Source of the DNA: an uncultured Henriciella sp.
GTDB lineage: Bacteria > Pseudomonadota > Alphaproteobacteria > Caulobacterales > Hyphomonadaceae
Reading direction: 5' to 3'
Length of the DNA: 41,361 nt
Assembly (NCBI GenBank): GCA_965367765.1
Contig: CBDUKI010000001.1
Span: forward strand, 1-41,361
The notes under the pieces were generated by a model that did no database searches, was not told the origin of the DNA, and was given only the letters and a program-made list of their open reading frames with translations. Below are positions 8,186 through 17,959 of the stretch, piece by piece; the stretch's first letter is position 1; every line of letters begins with the position of its first letter. Both the position numbers and the translations under genes were made by a program.

Positions 8186-9180
8186 AGGGGGTGGTGCCCA
8201 ATCATGCTGGAGTCTGGATTGGGCATGACATCACGGCCATAGAGATCGATTTCGAAGTGGTCCATGATACGCTGTAGCCGGGCCTGCTGGTCCGGCTCGA
8301 ACCGCTCAGTCCACTTTTCCAGCTGTGTAGCTTTATCGTCCAGATAATCAGGTTCCCGGGCTTCGCGGCTGGGTCTTTTCAGGCTGGCCAGGACGTTTAC
8401 AGGCACAGGCATACCCCATTCTGTAAACAGGTATCGCATCGTGTCTTCCTGGTGCAGCAAAAGATATTCGTAATGGATGGTGATCCAGTCGCGATTATGC
8501 CCAGGATGACGCAGGAGGTTGCGATTTCGCGTGCACCACTTGGCGACCATGACTTCTTCTGGTGTCGTTAGTTCTTCCAGAAAGGCCCGGTCATCAGGCG
8601 AATAGTCCATGAAGGGGGCGTCCGGGAAAACATAGCGCTTTGGCATGGTTTGCCAGTTCGGGTGGCGCAGCATGGAGGCAGCCATGGCGAACGGATGACG
8701 GGTCATCACGACTGGGCGCGTCTCGAAGGCAAACTGTCGAACCAGCCAGGGCAACAAACCGTTCGCGCGAACGAATTTCACCACCAGACGTTCAGCCGTC
8801 TTGTAGCTTGATGCCGGTGAATGCTGGCACATCTTGGCGTTTAGAGTTTGCCCGCTGAGGCGACGCTCAAACAATGAGCGGGCTTCAGGCCAATCGGCCT
8901 CTTCAGGGATACGTTGGTGCCAATCAAAGCCCAGTTGGTTGACGTCATCTGCCCAGCGTTTGTGCAGGGGTTCCAGCAAGCTGGCCGTGTTGGGAATGTG
9001 TTTGAGTGCCTCAAACAGCCACGTCGACCCGCCACGCGGATTGGCCGAAATGACAATCGCTTTCTCCGGTTCAAATCGCACTTTTGGCGCAATTCTGGCC
9101 AGTCGCGCTTCAAACAGCCGGGCTTGGGCTTTGGCCACTGTTCTTCCGATGAGGCTCGTATTCGTGCCCATGTCTGACAT
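8182..9180 (-). CDS. Sulfotransferase-domain protein
   Basis: 5'-PSB-like loop ANPRGGSTWL, EP motif, VVKFVR, 3'-PB-like MTRHP...S, IHYEYL, KW..R. Start uncertain (9180 or 9171; ORF open to 9315). Confidence 0.75.
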   Translation of the reverse strand: MSDMGTNTSLIGRTVAKAQARLFEARLARIAPKVRFEPEKAIVISANPRGGSTWLFEALKHIPNTASLLEPLHKRWADDVNQLGFDWHQRIPEEADWPEARSLFERRLSGQTLNAKMCQHSPASSYKTAERLVVKFVRANGLLPWLVRQFAFETRPVVMTRHPFAMAASMLRHPNWQTMPKRYVFPDAPFMDYSPDDRAFLEELTTPEEVMVAKWCTRNRNLLRHPGHNRDWITIHYEYLLLHQEDTMRYLFTEWGMPVPVNVLASLKRPSREAREPDYLDDKATQLEKWTERFEPDQQARLQRIMDHFEIDLYGRDVMPNPDSSMIGHHPL

Positions 9181-9365
9181 GCCCTGTTCGTTGACGGTGA
9201 TCATGTATGCCCGTGCGATGCAATTATTCTGCCGCAATGAGGCGCTGGCGTCGATAGAAGCTGCGCAAACTGACCGAATGCGCTTTACGGCGCATGGACA
9301 AGGCTTTGCAAACATGATGAAAGCGCGCAGGAATCAAACTGGGTTTGCCAATCGGAAGGTGTCTC

Positions 9366-10367
9366 ATGTCCAACGGTCTCGTCACGATTTTTGGTGGGTC
9401 TGGATTTCTTGGCCGCTATGCTGCACGCCAGCTGGTCAAGGCAGGGTGGCGCGTGCGGATCGCGGTGCGTCGCCCCAACCTTGCCGGTGATGCACGTCTC
9501 GCCGGTGCGCCAGGCTGGGTCGACATCGTTCAGGCCAATGTTCGCCACAAGACGTCGGTTGCCAGCGCGATTGAAGGTGCCGATGCAGTCGTCAATCTTG
9601 TCGGCATCCTGACCGAAAAGGGACGCCAGACCTTTGAGGGCGCCCAGCGCGAAGGTGCGATCAATGTTGCCGAAGCCTGCAAGGCTGCCGGGATCAAGCG
9701 TTTGGTCCAGATTTCAGCGATCGGGGCAAATCCGGATGCTAAGGCCGACTATGCCAGCACCAAGGGCGAAGCTGAGCTGGCTGTGCGTGAGGTTATGCCG
9801 GATGCCGTCATTTTGCGTCCATCGGTCGTGTTTGGCCCGGAAGACGGTTTCTTCAACCGTTTTGCCGCCATGGCCTCGCACCCGATTTCCAGCTTCCTGC
9901 CTTTCCTGCCGGCCATTGGTGGCGGCAAGACCCGGTTCCAGCCAGTCTATGCGGGTGATGTTGCCGAAGCCATCCGTGCCGCAGTCATTCGTGATGATGT
10001 CGCGGGCAAGACGTTCGAGCTGGGCGGACCGAAGACATATACGATGAAAGAGCTTTATCGTTTCATCACAGACACGATTGATCGTGAACGCTTCACCTTG
10101 TCCGTGCCATTTCTTATCGCCAAACCGCTTGGGTTGGCCTGTGGCGTGCTGTGGCGTGCCCCCTTCCTGCCTATGTGGCGTCTGGGTGGGCCACCCTTGA
10201 CCGGTAACCAGGTCGAGCTGCTCAAGTCCGACAGCACTGTTTCTGAAGATGCTCTCACACTCAAGGATCTCGGTATTGACGAGCTGGAAAGCATCGAGGC
10301 AATCGTGCCGACCTACCTCTGGCGCTTTCGTCCTTACGGGCAGTATTATCAGCAACCTGAAGCCTGA
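9366..10367 (+). CDS. Complex I NDUFA9-like NAD(P)-binding SDR (epimerase/dehydratase family)
   Basis: VTIFGGSGFLGRY, VVNLVGIL, YASTK, RPSVVFGPED.F.NRFA, FQPVYAGDVA, YLWRFRP.GQ. Confidence 0.9.
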   Translation: MSNGLVTIFGGSGFLGRYAARQLVKAGWRVRIAVRRPNLAGDARLAGAPGWVDIVQANVRHKTSVASAIEGADAVVNLVGILTEKGRQTFEGAQREGAINVAEACKAAGIKRLVQISAIGANPDAKADYASTKGEAELAVREVMPDAVILRPSVVFGPEDGFFNRFAAMASHPISSFLPFLPAIGGGKTRFQPVYAGDVAEAIRAAVIRDDVAGKTFELGGPKTYTMKELYRFITDTIDRERFTLSVPFLIAKPLGLACGVLWRAPFLPMWRLGGPPLTGNQVELLKSDSTVSEDALTLKDLGIDELESIEAIVPTYLWRFRPYGQYYQQPEA

Positions 10368-10385
10368 TCAGCGCCAAACCTGGCC

Positions 10386-11237
10386 TTAGATCAGCCCTAG
10401 CATCGGTGCGCCTGCCAGCAGCGCGATCCCCAGCAGCACGCGATAAATCACGAATGGCAGGAAGCTGATTTTCTTGAGAAGGGCCATCAAGGCCCAGATC
10501 GACAGAAAGCCTGAGACGAAGGACAGGCCGGCTACGGTCAGGCCATCGGCCAGCGTGGCTATGCCTGCGGCCTCTTCAGTTCCGGCAAGCTTGATGAAGG
10601 CATAGGCCCCGACAGCCGCCAGCAATGGTGCGCCGATCAGCATGGAAAAACGGGCCGCCTCGGTGCGCTGGAAACCAAGCGCGCGAGCCATGGTCATTGT
10701 AATGCCGGACCGGCTGGTGCCTGGCAGCAGGGCGGCAATGGCCTGTGTCGCGCCGATGATGATGGCGTCTCGGATGGTGCGGTCGCCATCGGTCCGTGCC
10801 TGTCCGCCCTTGGCATCGGCCCACCACAGGGCCAGACCAAAAATGATTGATGTGGCCCCCACCACCCAGACGGACCGCATGGCTTGCTTGGCGGTGTCAG
10901 CGAGCAGGAATTCATAGGCCAGCATCACGATCAGGGCGATGGGCAATGAGGCCAGAATGTGAAGGGCCAGCCGTCCGCTGGGGCTGAGCGCGCCGGGCCG
11001 GAAAGGGGCCGCCAGCACTTCACCGCTGCCGCCAATCGCGCGCAGGATGTCGCGCCAGAAATAGAGCAGGACCGCGCCCAACGTGCCGATATGGGCCATG
11101 GCATTGATCAGATATTCGTCGCGCCCTGCCAGTGCGAAATAATCCGCTGCGAGCAGGACATGGCCAGAAGATGAAATCGGCAGCCATTCGGTGATACCCT
11201 GGATGAGTGAGATGATCAGTAGCTGGAGAAGCGACAT
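10386..11237 (-). CDS. uppP: Undecaprenyl-diphosphate phosphatase (BacA)
   Basis: IQGITEWLPISSSGH, PGTSRSGIT, AARFSML, FVIYR. Confidence 0.95.
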   Translation of the reverse strand: MSLLQLLIISLIQGITEWLPISSSGHVLLAADYFALAGRDEYLINAMAHIGTLGAVLLYFWRDILRAIGGSGEVLAAPFRPGALSPSGRLALHILASLPIALIVMLAYEFLLADTAKQAMRSVWVVGATSIIFGLALWWADAKGGQARTDGDRTIRDAIIIGATQAIAALLPGTSRSGITMTMARALGFQRTEAARFSMLIGAPLLAAVGAYAFIKLAGTEEAAGIATLADGLTVAGLSFVSGFLSIWALMALLKKISFLPFVIYRVLLGIALLAGAPMLGLI

Positions 11238-11309
11238 GGATTGGCTCCGGTCGAATTGGTTGGCATGATCTTGTCGCAGAGTTCGTTAAAAAGGCTATAC
11301 AGCATAGAT

Positions 11310-11324
11310 ATATCATAATGATAT
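11310..11324. promoter_or_regulatory. Candidate transcription-factor operator (7-1-7 palindrome) in the uppP/gltD divergent promoter
   Basis: ATATCAT-A-ATGATAT perfect inverted repeat containing T-N11-A. Degenerate copy ATATCATACCGATA at 11383-11396. Confidence 0.5.
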
Positions 11325-11472
11325 TTAATCTATTTATCTGATGTCGGGGTGAGAATATTTTTCACCAAATTCGACCCGATAAATATCATACCGATACATT
11401 ATAGAAGATTCTCCCTCTTGCCCCCGTGATATTTGGGTTTCATAAGCAAGGCTTACCCCGATGGAGGCGAGA

Positions 11473-12927
11473 ATGGCGCAGAAAATGCTGCAGTTCATCA
11501 AAACCGAACGCCGTATGCCGAAAAAGCGTGCCGCCACGGCCCGCAAGGATGATTTCCAGGAGATCTATGCTGATTTCACGGTCAAGGCAGCTGCGACGCA
11601 AGCCTCGCGCTGTTCGCAATGCGGCGTGCCATTTTGCCAGCAGGGATGCCCCTTGCAGAACAATATTCCCGACTGGCTGAAACTGGCTGCCGAAGGGCGT
11701 ATGGAGGAGGCTTACGCGGTTTCGTCTGCTACCAATAACATGCCTGAAATCTGTGGCCGCATCTGCCCTCAGGACCGCTTGTGTGAGGGTATCTGCACAA
11801 TCGAACAGTCCGGCCATGGCACGGTCACGATCGGGGCGGTTGAGCGCTATATCACCGACACGGCGTGGAAGCAGGGTTATGTGCGGCCAATCAAACCGAT
11901 CAAGGAGCGCAGGCAATCGGCTGGGATCATCGGTGCTGGACCGGCTGGCCTCGCCGCGGCCGAGCAATTGCGCCGGAAGGGCTACCGGGTCACCGTCTAT
12001 GACCGCTATGATCGTGGCGGCGGCCTGCTCATGTATGGTATTCCCGGCTTCAAGTTGGAAAAACCGATTGTCGAGCGCCGTCTACAGCGGCTCGAAGAGG
12101 CCGGTATCGCGTTTGAGTACAACACAGAGATCGGCAAGACCCTGTCCTTTGGTGACCTGCGGGCCAAGCACGACACTGTGTTGATTGCCACGGGTGTCTA
12201 CAAGGCACGCGACCTGAAAATGCCGGGGGCTGGCGCAAACGGCATCCACTCGGCGCTGGACTACCTGACCCTGTCCAACCGCGCTGATCTGGGCGACAAG
12301 GTCGAAGCGCTTGAGGATGGCAGTCTCAGTGCCGAAGGCAAGCGCGTGGTTGTTATTGGTGGGGGTGACACAGCTATGGACTGTGTGCGCACAGCGGTTC
12401 GCCAGGGTGCAAAATCCGTGATCTGCCTGTATCGCCGCGACCGTGCCAACATGCCTGGGTCGCAGCGCGAGGTGCACAATGCCGAGGAGGAAGGCGTTGT
12501 CTTCGAATGGCTGTCCGGGCCTGAAGCCGTTCTACAGTCCAAGTCCAAGGCGGAAATCAATGTCAAAGGCGTCAAGGTTCGTCGGATGCGCCTCGGCGCG
12601 CCTGATGCATCCGGTCGCCAGTCCCCGGAAAAAACCGACGAGACCGTGGATATCAAGGCCGACATGGTGATCAAGGCCCTGGGCTTTGATCCAGAAGACC
12701 TGCCAGAACTTTTCGGGGAGCCGGCCTTGACCGTTAATCGCTGGGGCGCGGTGCGGGTTGATCCAAATACGATGGAAACCAGCCTGTCCGGCGTCTATGC
12801 CGCTGGGGATATTGTTCGTGGGGCCTCGCTGGTCGTCTGGGCGATCAAGGAAGGCCGGGATGCTGCTGAGCATATGCATTTGGCCATGAAGGCCGAGGCT
12901 GCCCAGGCCCGGCAAGCGGCGGAGTAG
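11473..12927 (+). CDS. gltD: Glutamate synthase (NADPH) small subunit
   Basis: RCSQCGVPFCQQGCP, ICGRICPQDRLCEG, GAGPAGL, GGGDTAMDC, GDIVRGASLVVWAI. SD GGAGG before ATG 11473. Confidence 0.96.
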   Translation: MAQKMLQFIKTERRMPKKRAATARKDDFQEIYADFTVKAAATQASRCSQCGVPFCQQGCPLQNNIPDWLKLAAEGRMEEAYAVSSATNNMPEICGRICPQDRLCEGICTIEQSGHGTVTIGAVERYITDTAWKQGYVRPIKPIKERRQSAGIIGAGPAGLAAAEQLRRKGYRVTVYDRYDRGGGLLMYGIPGFKLEKPIVERRLQRLEEAGIAFEYNTEIGKTLSFGDLRAKHDTVLIATGVYKARDLKMPGAGANGIHSALDYLTLSNRADLGDKVEALEDGSLSAEGKRVVVIGGGDTAMDCVRTAVRQGAKSVICLYRRDRANMPGSQREVHNAEEEGVVFEWLSGPEAVLQSKSKAEINVKGVKVRRMRLGAPDASGRQSPEKTDETVDIKADMVIKALGFDPEDLPELFGEPALTVNRWGAVRVDPNTMETSLSGVYAAGDIVRGASLVVWAIKEGRDAAEHMHLAMKAEAAQARQAAE

Positions 12928-12931
12928 GCTC

Positions 12932-13360
12932 ATGGCGAGAACGATCAAGGGCCAGTGCCTGTGCGGGAGTGTCCAGTTTGAAACTGGCGATATCCACCAT
13001 CTCGACGTTTGCCATTGCCGCATGTGCCAGCGTTGGACGGGCGGGCCGTTCATCGGTGCGGATTTTCGCAATGGCGAAGTGACCATAACCAGCGGTGATA
13101 CGCTGACCTGGTATGCCAGCTCTGACTGGGCCCGGCGGGGGTTCTGCAACAATTGCGGTTCCAGCCTGTTCTATCGACTGAACGAAGTGGATGAGTTCTG
13201 GGCCGTTTGTGCCGGGGCGCTCGACATCGATTTCCCGATCGAGATTTCGAAGGAAATCTTCATAGACGAAAAACCCGACTTTTATGACCTCGCAGGCGAA
13301 CGTGATCGCCTGACAGGGGCTGAATTCATGGCATCTCTGGGAGGCCAAGACGATGACTGA
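12932..13360 (+). CDS. GFA / Mss4-like zinc-binding protein
   Basis: GQCLCGSV, CHCRMCQRWTG, RGFCNNCGSSLF, IFIDEKPDFY. Confidence 0.9.
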   Translation: MARTIKGQCLCGSVQFETGDIHHLDVCHCRMCQRWTGGPFIGADFRNGEVTITSGDTLTWYASSDWARRGFCNNCGSSLFYRLNEVDEFWAVCAGALDIDFPIEISKEIFIDEKPDFYDLAGERDRLTGAEFMASLGGQDDD

Positions 13361-16300
13361 CACAATGGATAAATACTTCCTGGAGCGCGACCGCCTGATC
13401 GCCGCCAATGCCTACGACCCAGCTCATGAGAAGGATGCTTGCGGGGTGGGCCTGGTGGCGGCACTTGATGGCAAGCCGACGCGCGAAATCGTCGAAATGG
13501 GCATCCGGGCGCTTAAGAATGTCTGGCACCGGGGCGCTGTAGATGCTGATGGCAAGACCGGAGATGGCGCGGGCATCCGCATTGAGGTTCCACAGGACTT
13601 CTTCCGCGAACAAGTCCAGCGCGCCGGGCACAAGCCAACCGATGATCCGATCTGTGTCGGGCAGATCTTCCTGCCGCGCACCGACCTTGGCCAGCAAGAA
13701 GCCGCCCGTTCCATCGTTGAGACCGAGATCGTGCATTTCGGCTTCTACATTTATGGCTGGCGCCAGCCGCCGGTCGATGTCGATGTGATCGGCAAGAAGG
13801 CGCAGGATACGCGGCCGGAAATCGAGCAGATCATGTTCCGTGACGGGCGCGGGCGCGACCCTGAAGAGCTGGAGCGTGCACTCTATATCTGCCGCCGCCG
13901 GATTGAGCGCCGGGCCCGCGAAGCCGGCATTCCGGCCTTTTATATCTGCTCGCTCAGCCACAAGTCGCTGATCTACAAGGGCATGTTCCTGGCCCAGGAT
14001 ATCGACAATTTCTATCTCGATCTGCGTGACGACCGGTTTGTCTCGTCCGTGGCCATCTATCACCAGCGTTACTCGACCAACACGTTCCCGCAATGGGCCC
14101 TGGCCCAGCCGTTCCGCATGCTCGCCCACAATGGCGAAATCAACACGTTGCGCGGCAACCTGAACTGGATGAAGAGCCACGAGATCAAGATGGTGTCCGG
14201 CGCCTTCGGAAACCATGTCGAGGACGTCAAGCCGGTTGTCCCGCAAGGCCTGTCGGATTCTGCGGCGCTGGATGCTGTGTTCGAGATCCTCTGCAAGGCC
14301 GGGCGCACGGCGCCGATGACCAAGGCCCTGCTGATCCCTGAAGCCTGGTCGAAGCGCGCTTCGATCATGCCGGACAATCACGCTGCGCTCTATGCTTATT
14401 GCAACTCGGTGATGGAACCTTGGGACGGCCCGGCAGGCATCTGTGCCTATGATGGCCGCTGGGCGATTGCCGGGCTGGACCGCAATGGCCTGCGCCCGCT
14501 GCGTTACTCCCTGACCGGTAGCGGCATTCTCGCCGTCGGGTCTGAAACCGGTATGTGCCCGCTGTCTGGCCACGAAATCGTGCGCCGCGGCCATGTTCCA
14601 GCAGGTGGCATGATCGCTGCCGACCTGCAGACCGGGAAATTCTACGAACATGTTGAGATCATCGACCTGATCGCCAACCAGCACCCTTATGACCAGTGGA
14701 TCAAGAATGTTCGGGACCTCGATCCGGAAATCGGTCCGGGCGATGAGCCGCGCCTGTTTCAGACCGAAGACCTGCTGCGCCGCCAATCGGTTGCCGGGTT
14801 CACGCTTGAAGTTCTGGAGCTGATCCTCGCCCCGATGGCTGAAACGGGTAAGGAAGCCATCGGGTCCATGGGGGACGACAGCCCGGTTGCGGTCCTGTCT
14901 GAACAATATCGCCCGCTTAGCCATTTTTTCCGGCAGAATTTCAGCCAGGTCACCAACCCGCCAGTTGACCCGCTGCGCGAAGATCGGGTGATGAGCCTGA
15001 AAACCCGGTTCAAGAATCTCGGTAACGTGCTGACCACGGATGCGCGCCAGCAGGATGTGTTCGTGCTGGAGAGCCCGTTCCTGTCGACAGGCATGTATGA
15101 CCGGCTGATCGACATGCTGGGCGACGGTGTTCAGGTCATCGACTGTACGTTTGATGTGTCCAAAGTAACCGGCAGTGGCGGGGCGCTGAAGGACGCGTTG
15201 ACCCGTATCCGTCAGGAAGCTGAAGAGGCGGTGCGGGCCGGGCGCGAACATATCGTCCTGACGGATGAGAATCAGGGGCCTGACCGGGTCGCCATTCCAA
15301 TGATCCTGGCCACCGGGGCCGTCCATGGCCACCTTGTTGGTGAGGGCCTGCGCAGTTTCTGCTCGATCACGGTGCGCGCGGCTGAATGCGTCGACACGCA
15401 CTATTTCGCCGTGTTGATTGGCGTCGGCGCAACCTGCGTCAATGCCTATCTCGCCCAGGAAGCCATTGCCGAACGCCATGCCCGGGGGCTGCTTGGTGAC
15501 AGCACGCTCGGAGAGGCGGTCCTCAATTACAAGAAATCGATCGAGGCGGGTCTTCTGAAAATCATGTCGAAGATGGGGATTTCAGTGATTTCCTCCTATC
15601 GCGGCGGCTATAATTTCGAGGCCCTCGGCCTGTCGCGCGCCCTGGTGGCGGATTATTTCCCGGGCCTGACCAGCCGGATTTCCGGTCTTGGCCTGGCCGG
15701 TCTTGAGGATAATGCGTTGCAACGCCACGAGCAGGCTTTTGACGAGGATGTCGTCTCACTTCCGGTCGGCGGTTTCTATCGCCTGCGTGCCCGGTCTGAG
15801 CCGCATGCCTTGGATGGCAACCTGATCCACATGCTGCAATCGGCGTGTGATCGCGGCGAGTACGAACTTTATGATCGCTATCAGAAGGCGGTGAACGAGC
15901 GCGCCCAGCCGATCCAACTGCGCGACCTAATGGATTTCAAGCCCGCTGGTCCGGTCGAGCCCTTGGAGAAGGTCCAGTCCGTCAATGAAATACGCAAACG
16001 CTTTGTTACCCCGGGCATGTCGCTCGGCGCGCTTAGCCCTGAGGCGCATGGTACGCTGAATGTTGCGATGAACCGGATCGGAGCCAAGTCCGTATCGGGT
16101 GAGGGGGGCGAAGTGCGTGAACGCTATCGTCCACTGCCCAATGGCGACAACATGAACTCTGCCGTCAAACAGGTTGCCTCTGGCCGGTTTGGCGTGACGG
16201 CGGAATACCTGAATGAATGTCGCGAGGTGGAAATCAAGATTGCCCAGGGCGCCAAGCCGGGCGAGGGTGGACAGTTGCCTGGCTTCAAGGTGACCGAGTT

Positions 16301-17879
16301 CATTGCCAAGAACCGCCATGCCACGCCGGGTGTGACCCTGATCAGCCCGCCCCCGCATCATGATATCTATTCGATCGAGGACCTGGCGCAGCTGATCTAT
16401 GATCTCAAGCAGATCAACCCTGACTGCCGCGTCTGCGTCAAGCTGGTCGCCCAGTCCGGCGTCGGTACCGTGGCGGCTGGCGTCGCCAAGGCCAAGGCCG
16501 ATATTATCCTGATTGCTGGCGGCGTCGGCGGTACCGGCGCCAGCCCGCAGACCTCAATCAAATATGCTGGTCTGCCTTGGGAAATGGGGCTTGCCGAGGC
16601 GCACCAGGTGCTCAGCCTGAACAATCTGCGTGACAAGGTAACCTTGCGCACGGATGGCGGTCTTCGTACGGGGCGTGACATTGTCATCGCCGCCATGCTG
16701 GGGGCCGAGGAGTACGGTATCGGTACGGCTTCTTTGGTCGCGATGGGCTGCATCATGGTCCGCCAGTGCCATTCGAATACCTGCCCGGTCGGTGTGTGTG
16801 TCCAGGACGAAGCGCTGCGCAAGAAATTCACGGGCACGGCAGAGAAGGTCGTCAATCTGATGAGTTTCATCGCCGAGGATGTTCGGCGGATTCTCGCCTC
16901 GCTCGGCTTGAAATCGCTCGACGAAGCGATTGGCCGAACAGACCTCCTGGCCCAGGTGTCGCGCGGTGCACCGCACCTCGATGACCTCGACCTCAATCCG
17001 CTACTGGTTCAGGTCGACACGGCCAATCCGGTTGTCTACCGGCCAGACCACCGCGAGGAAGTGCCAGACACGCTCGATGCCCAGATCCTACGTGATGGCG
17101 AGCCTTTCTTCACGCGCGGCGAGAAGATGCAACTGCAATATGAAGTCCAGAACGTCCAGCGATCGATTGGGGCGCGTTCAAGCTCGGCCATCGTGCGGCG
17201 TTTCGGCGAACGTGCGCTACCAGAAGGGCGCCTGCATATTCGCCTGACCGGCAGTGCAGGACAGTCACTGGGTGCGTTTTCGGTCCAGGGGTTGCTGCTT
17301 GATGTCATCGGTGATGCCAATGACTATGTTGGCAAGGGCCTTTCAGGTGCGACCATCCAGTTGCGTCCACCGGTGGATGCCCCTTTCACGGCTGGTGAGA
17401 ACACGATCATTGGCAATACCTGTCTCTATGGGGCCACGTCGGGCAAGCTCTATGCTGCCGGTCAGGCGGGCGTACGCTTTGCTGTGCGCAATTCCGGCGC
17501 TGAAGCGGTGATTGAAGGTTGCGGCGCGAATGGGTGTGAGTACATGACCGGCGGTCGCGTCGCCATACTCGGCCCGGTTGGAGACAATTTCGGAGCAGGG
17601 ATGACGGGCGGCGTCGCCTATATCTGGGACAAGGACAACCGGTTTGAACATGTTGCCAATCCAGACGGCATCGACTGGTATCCGGTCAAGGACATGGCCG
17701 GGGAGTTTATCGAAATGTACAAGGCGCTGCTCGAAATCCATGTCGACCGCACGGGTTCTGCCCGCGCTTCGGACTTGCTCGATAATTGGGACCGCACACT
17801 GAATGAATCACTTATGATCGTGCCGAAAGAAAGTGCTAAGCAAATTCTGGGAAGTGTGAAAAAGCGCAAGGCCAGCTAG
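13353..17879 (+). CDS. gltB: Glutamate synthase large subunit
   Basis: DA|CGVG Ntn cysteine, HQRYSTNT, HNGEINT, EPWDGP, QGAKPGEGGQLPG, 3Fe-4S CIMVRQCHSNTCPVG, C-terminal GXGXG repeats. Confidence 0.98.
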   Translation: MTDTMDKYFLERDRLIAANAYDPAHEKDACGVGLVAALDGKPTREIVEMGIRALKNVWHRGAVDADGKTGDGAGIRIEVPQDFFREQVQRAGHKPTDDPICVGQIFLPRTDLGQQEAARSIVETEIVHFGFYIYGWRQPPVDVDVIGKKAQDTRPEIEQIMFRDGRGRDPEELERALYICRRRIERRAREAGIPAFYICSLSHKSLIYKGMFLAQDIDNFYLDLRDDRFVSSVAIYHQRYSTNTFPQWALAQPFRMLAHNGEINTLRGNLNWMKSHEIKMVSGAFGNHVEDVKPVVPQGLSDSAALDAVFEILCKAGRTAPMTKALLIPEAWSKRASIMPDNHAALYAYCNSVMEPWDGPAGICAYDGRWAIAGLDRNGLRPLRYSLTGSGILAVGSETGMCPLSGHEIVRRGHVPAGGMIAADLQTGKFYEHVEIIDLIANQHPYDQWIKNVRDLDPEIGPGDEPRLFQTEDLLRRQSVAGFTLEVLELILAPMAETGKEAIGSMGDDSPVAVLSEQYRPLSHFFRQNFSQVTNPPVDPLREDRVMSLKTRFKNLGNVLTTDARQQDVFVLESPFLSTGMYDRLIDMLGDGVQVIDCTFDVSKVTGSGGALKDALTRIRQEAEEAVRAGREHIVLTDENQGPDRVAIPMILATGAVHGHLVGEGLRSFCSITVRAAECVDTHYFAVLIGVGATCVNAYLAQEAIAERHARGLLGDSTLGEAVLNYKKSIEAGLLKIMSKMGISVISSYRGGYNFEALGLSRALVADYFPGLTSRISGLGLAGLEDNALQRHEQAFDEDVVSLPVGGFYRLRARSEPHALDGNLIHMLQSACDRGEYELYDRYQKAVNERAQPIQLRDLMDFKPAGPVEPLEKVQSVNEIRKRFVTPGMSLGALSPEAHGTLNVAMNRIGAKSVSGEGGEVRERYRPLPNGDNMNSAVKQVASGRFGVTAEYLNECREVEIKIAQGAKPGEGGQLPGFKVTEFIAKNRHATPGVTLISPPPHHDIYSIEDLAQLIYDLKQINPDCRVCVKLVAQSGVGTVAAGVAKAKADIILIAGGVGGTGASPQTSIKYAGLPWEMGLAEAHQVLSLNNLRDKVTLRTDGGLRTGRDIVIAAMLGAEEYGIGTASLVAMGCIMVRQCHSNTCPVGVCVQDEALRKKFTGTAEKVVNLMSFIAEDVRRILASLGLKSLDEAIGRTDLLAQVSRGAPHLDDLDLNPLLVQVDTANPVVYRPDHREEVPDTLDAQILRDGEPFFTRGEKMQLQYEVQNVQRSIGARSSSAIVRRFGERALPEGRLHIRLTGSAGQSLGAFSVQGLLLDVIGDANDYVGKGLSGATIQLRPPVDAPFTAGENTIIGNTCLYGATSGKLYAAGQAGVRFAVRNSGAEAVIEGCGANGCEYMTGGRVAILGPVGDNFGAGMTGGVAYIWDKDNRFEHVANPDGIDWYPVKDMAGEFIEMYKALLEIHVDRTGSARASDLLDNWDRTLNESLMIVPKESAKQILGSVKKRKAS

Positions 17880-17891
17880 CTGTTGGAAACC

Positions 17892-17920
17892 CTTGCAGTT
17901 GTGGCCTGTTCACCCCATTT
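17892..17920 (+). promoter_or_regulatory. sigma32 (RpoH) promoter of dnaJ
   Basis: CTTGCA-N15-CCCCATTT, close to the CTTGAA...CCCCATnT consensus, 39 bp upstream of the dnaJ ATG. Confidence 0.75.
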
Positions 17921-17959
17921 CAGGGCGAGAGTGATTATTGAGAGTGGTGCAGACCTGCC

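Noticed and set aside
13326-15479. 717-aa antisense ORF within gltB, and similar long shadow ORFs opposite xerC, uvrD, mutL, uvrC, the aminotransferase and SDR/PduO
   Set aside because: Expected antisense open frames of GC-rich genes with strong codon bias; no recognisable motifs and fully overlapping well-supported genes.
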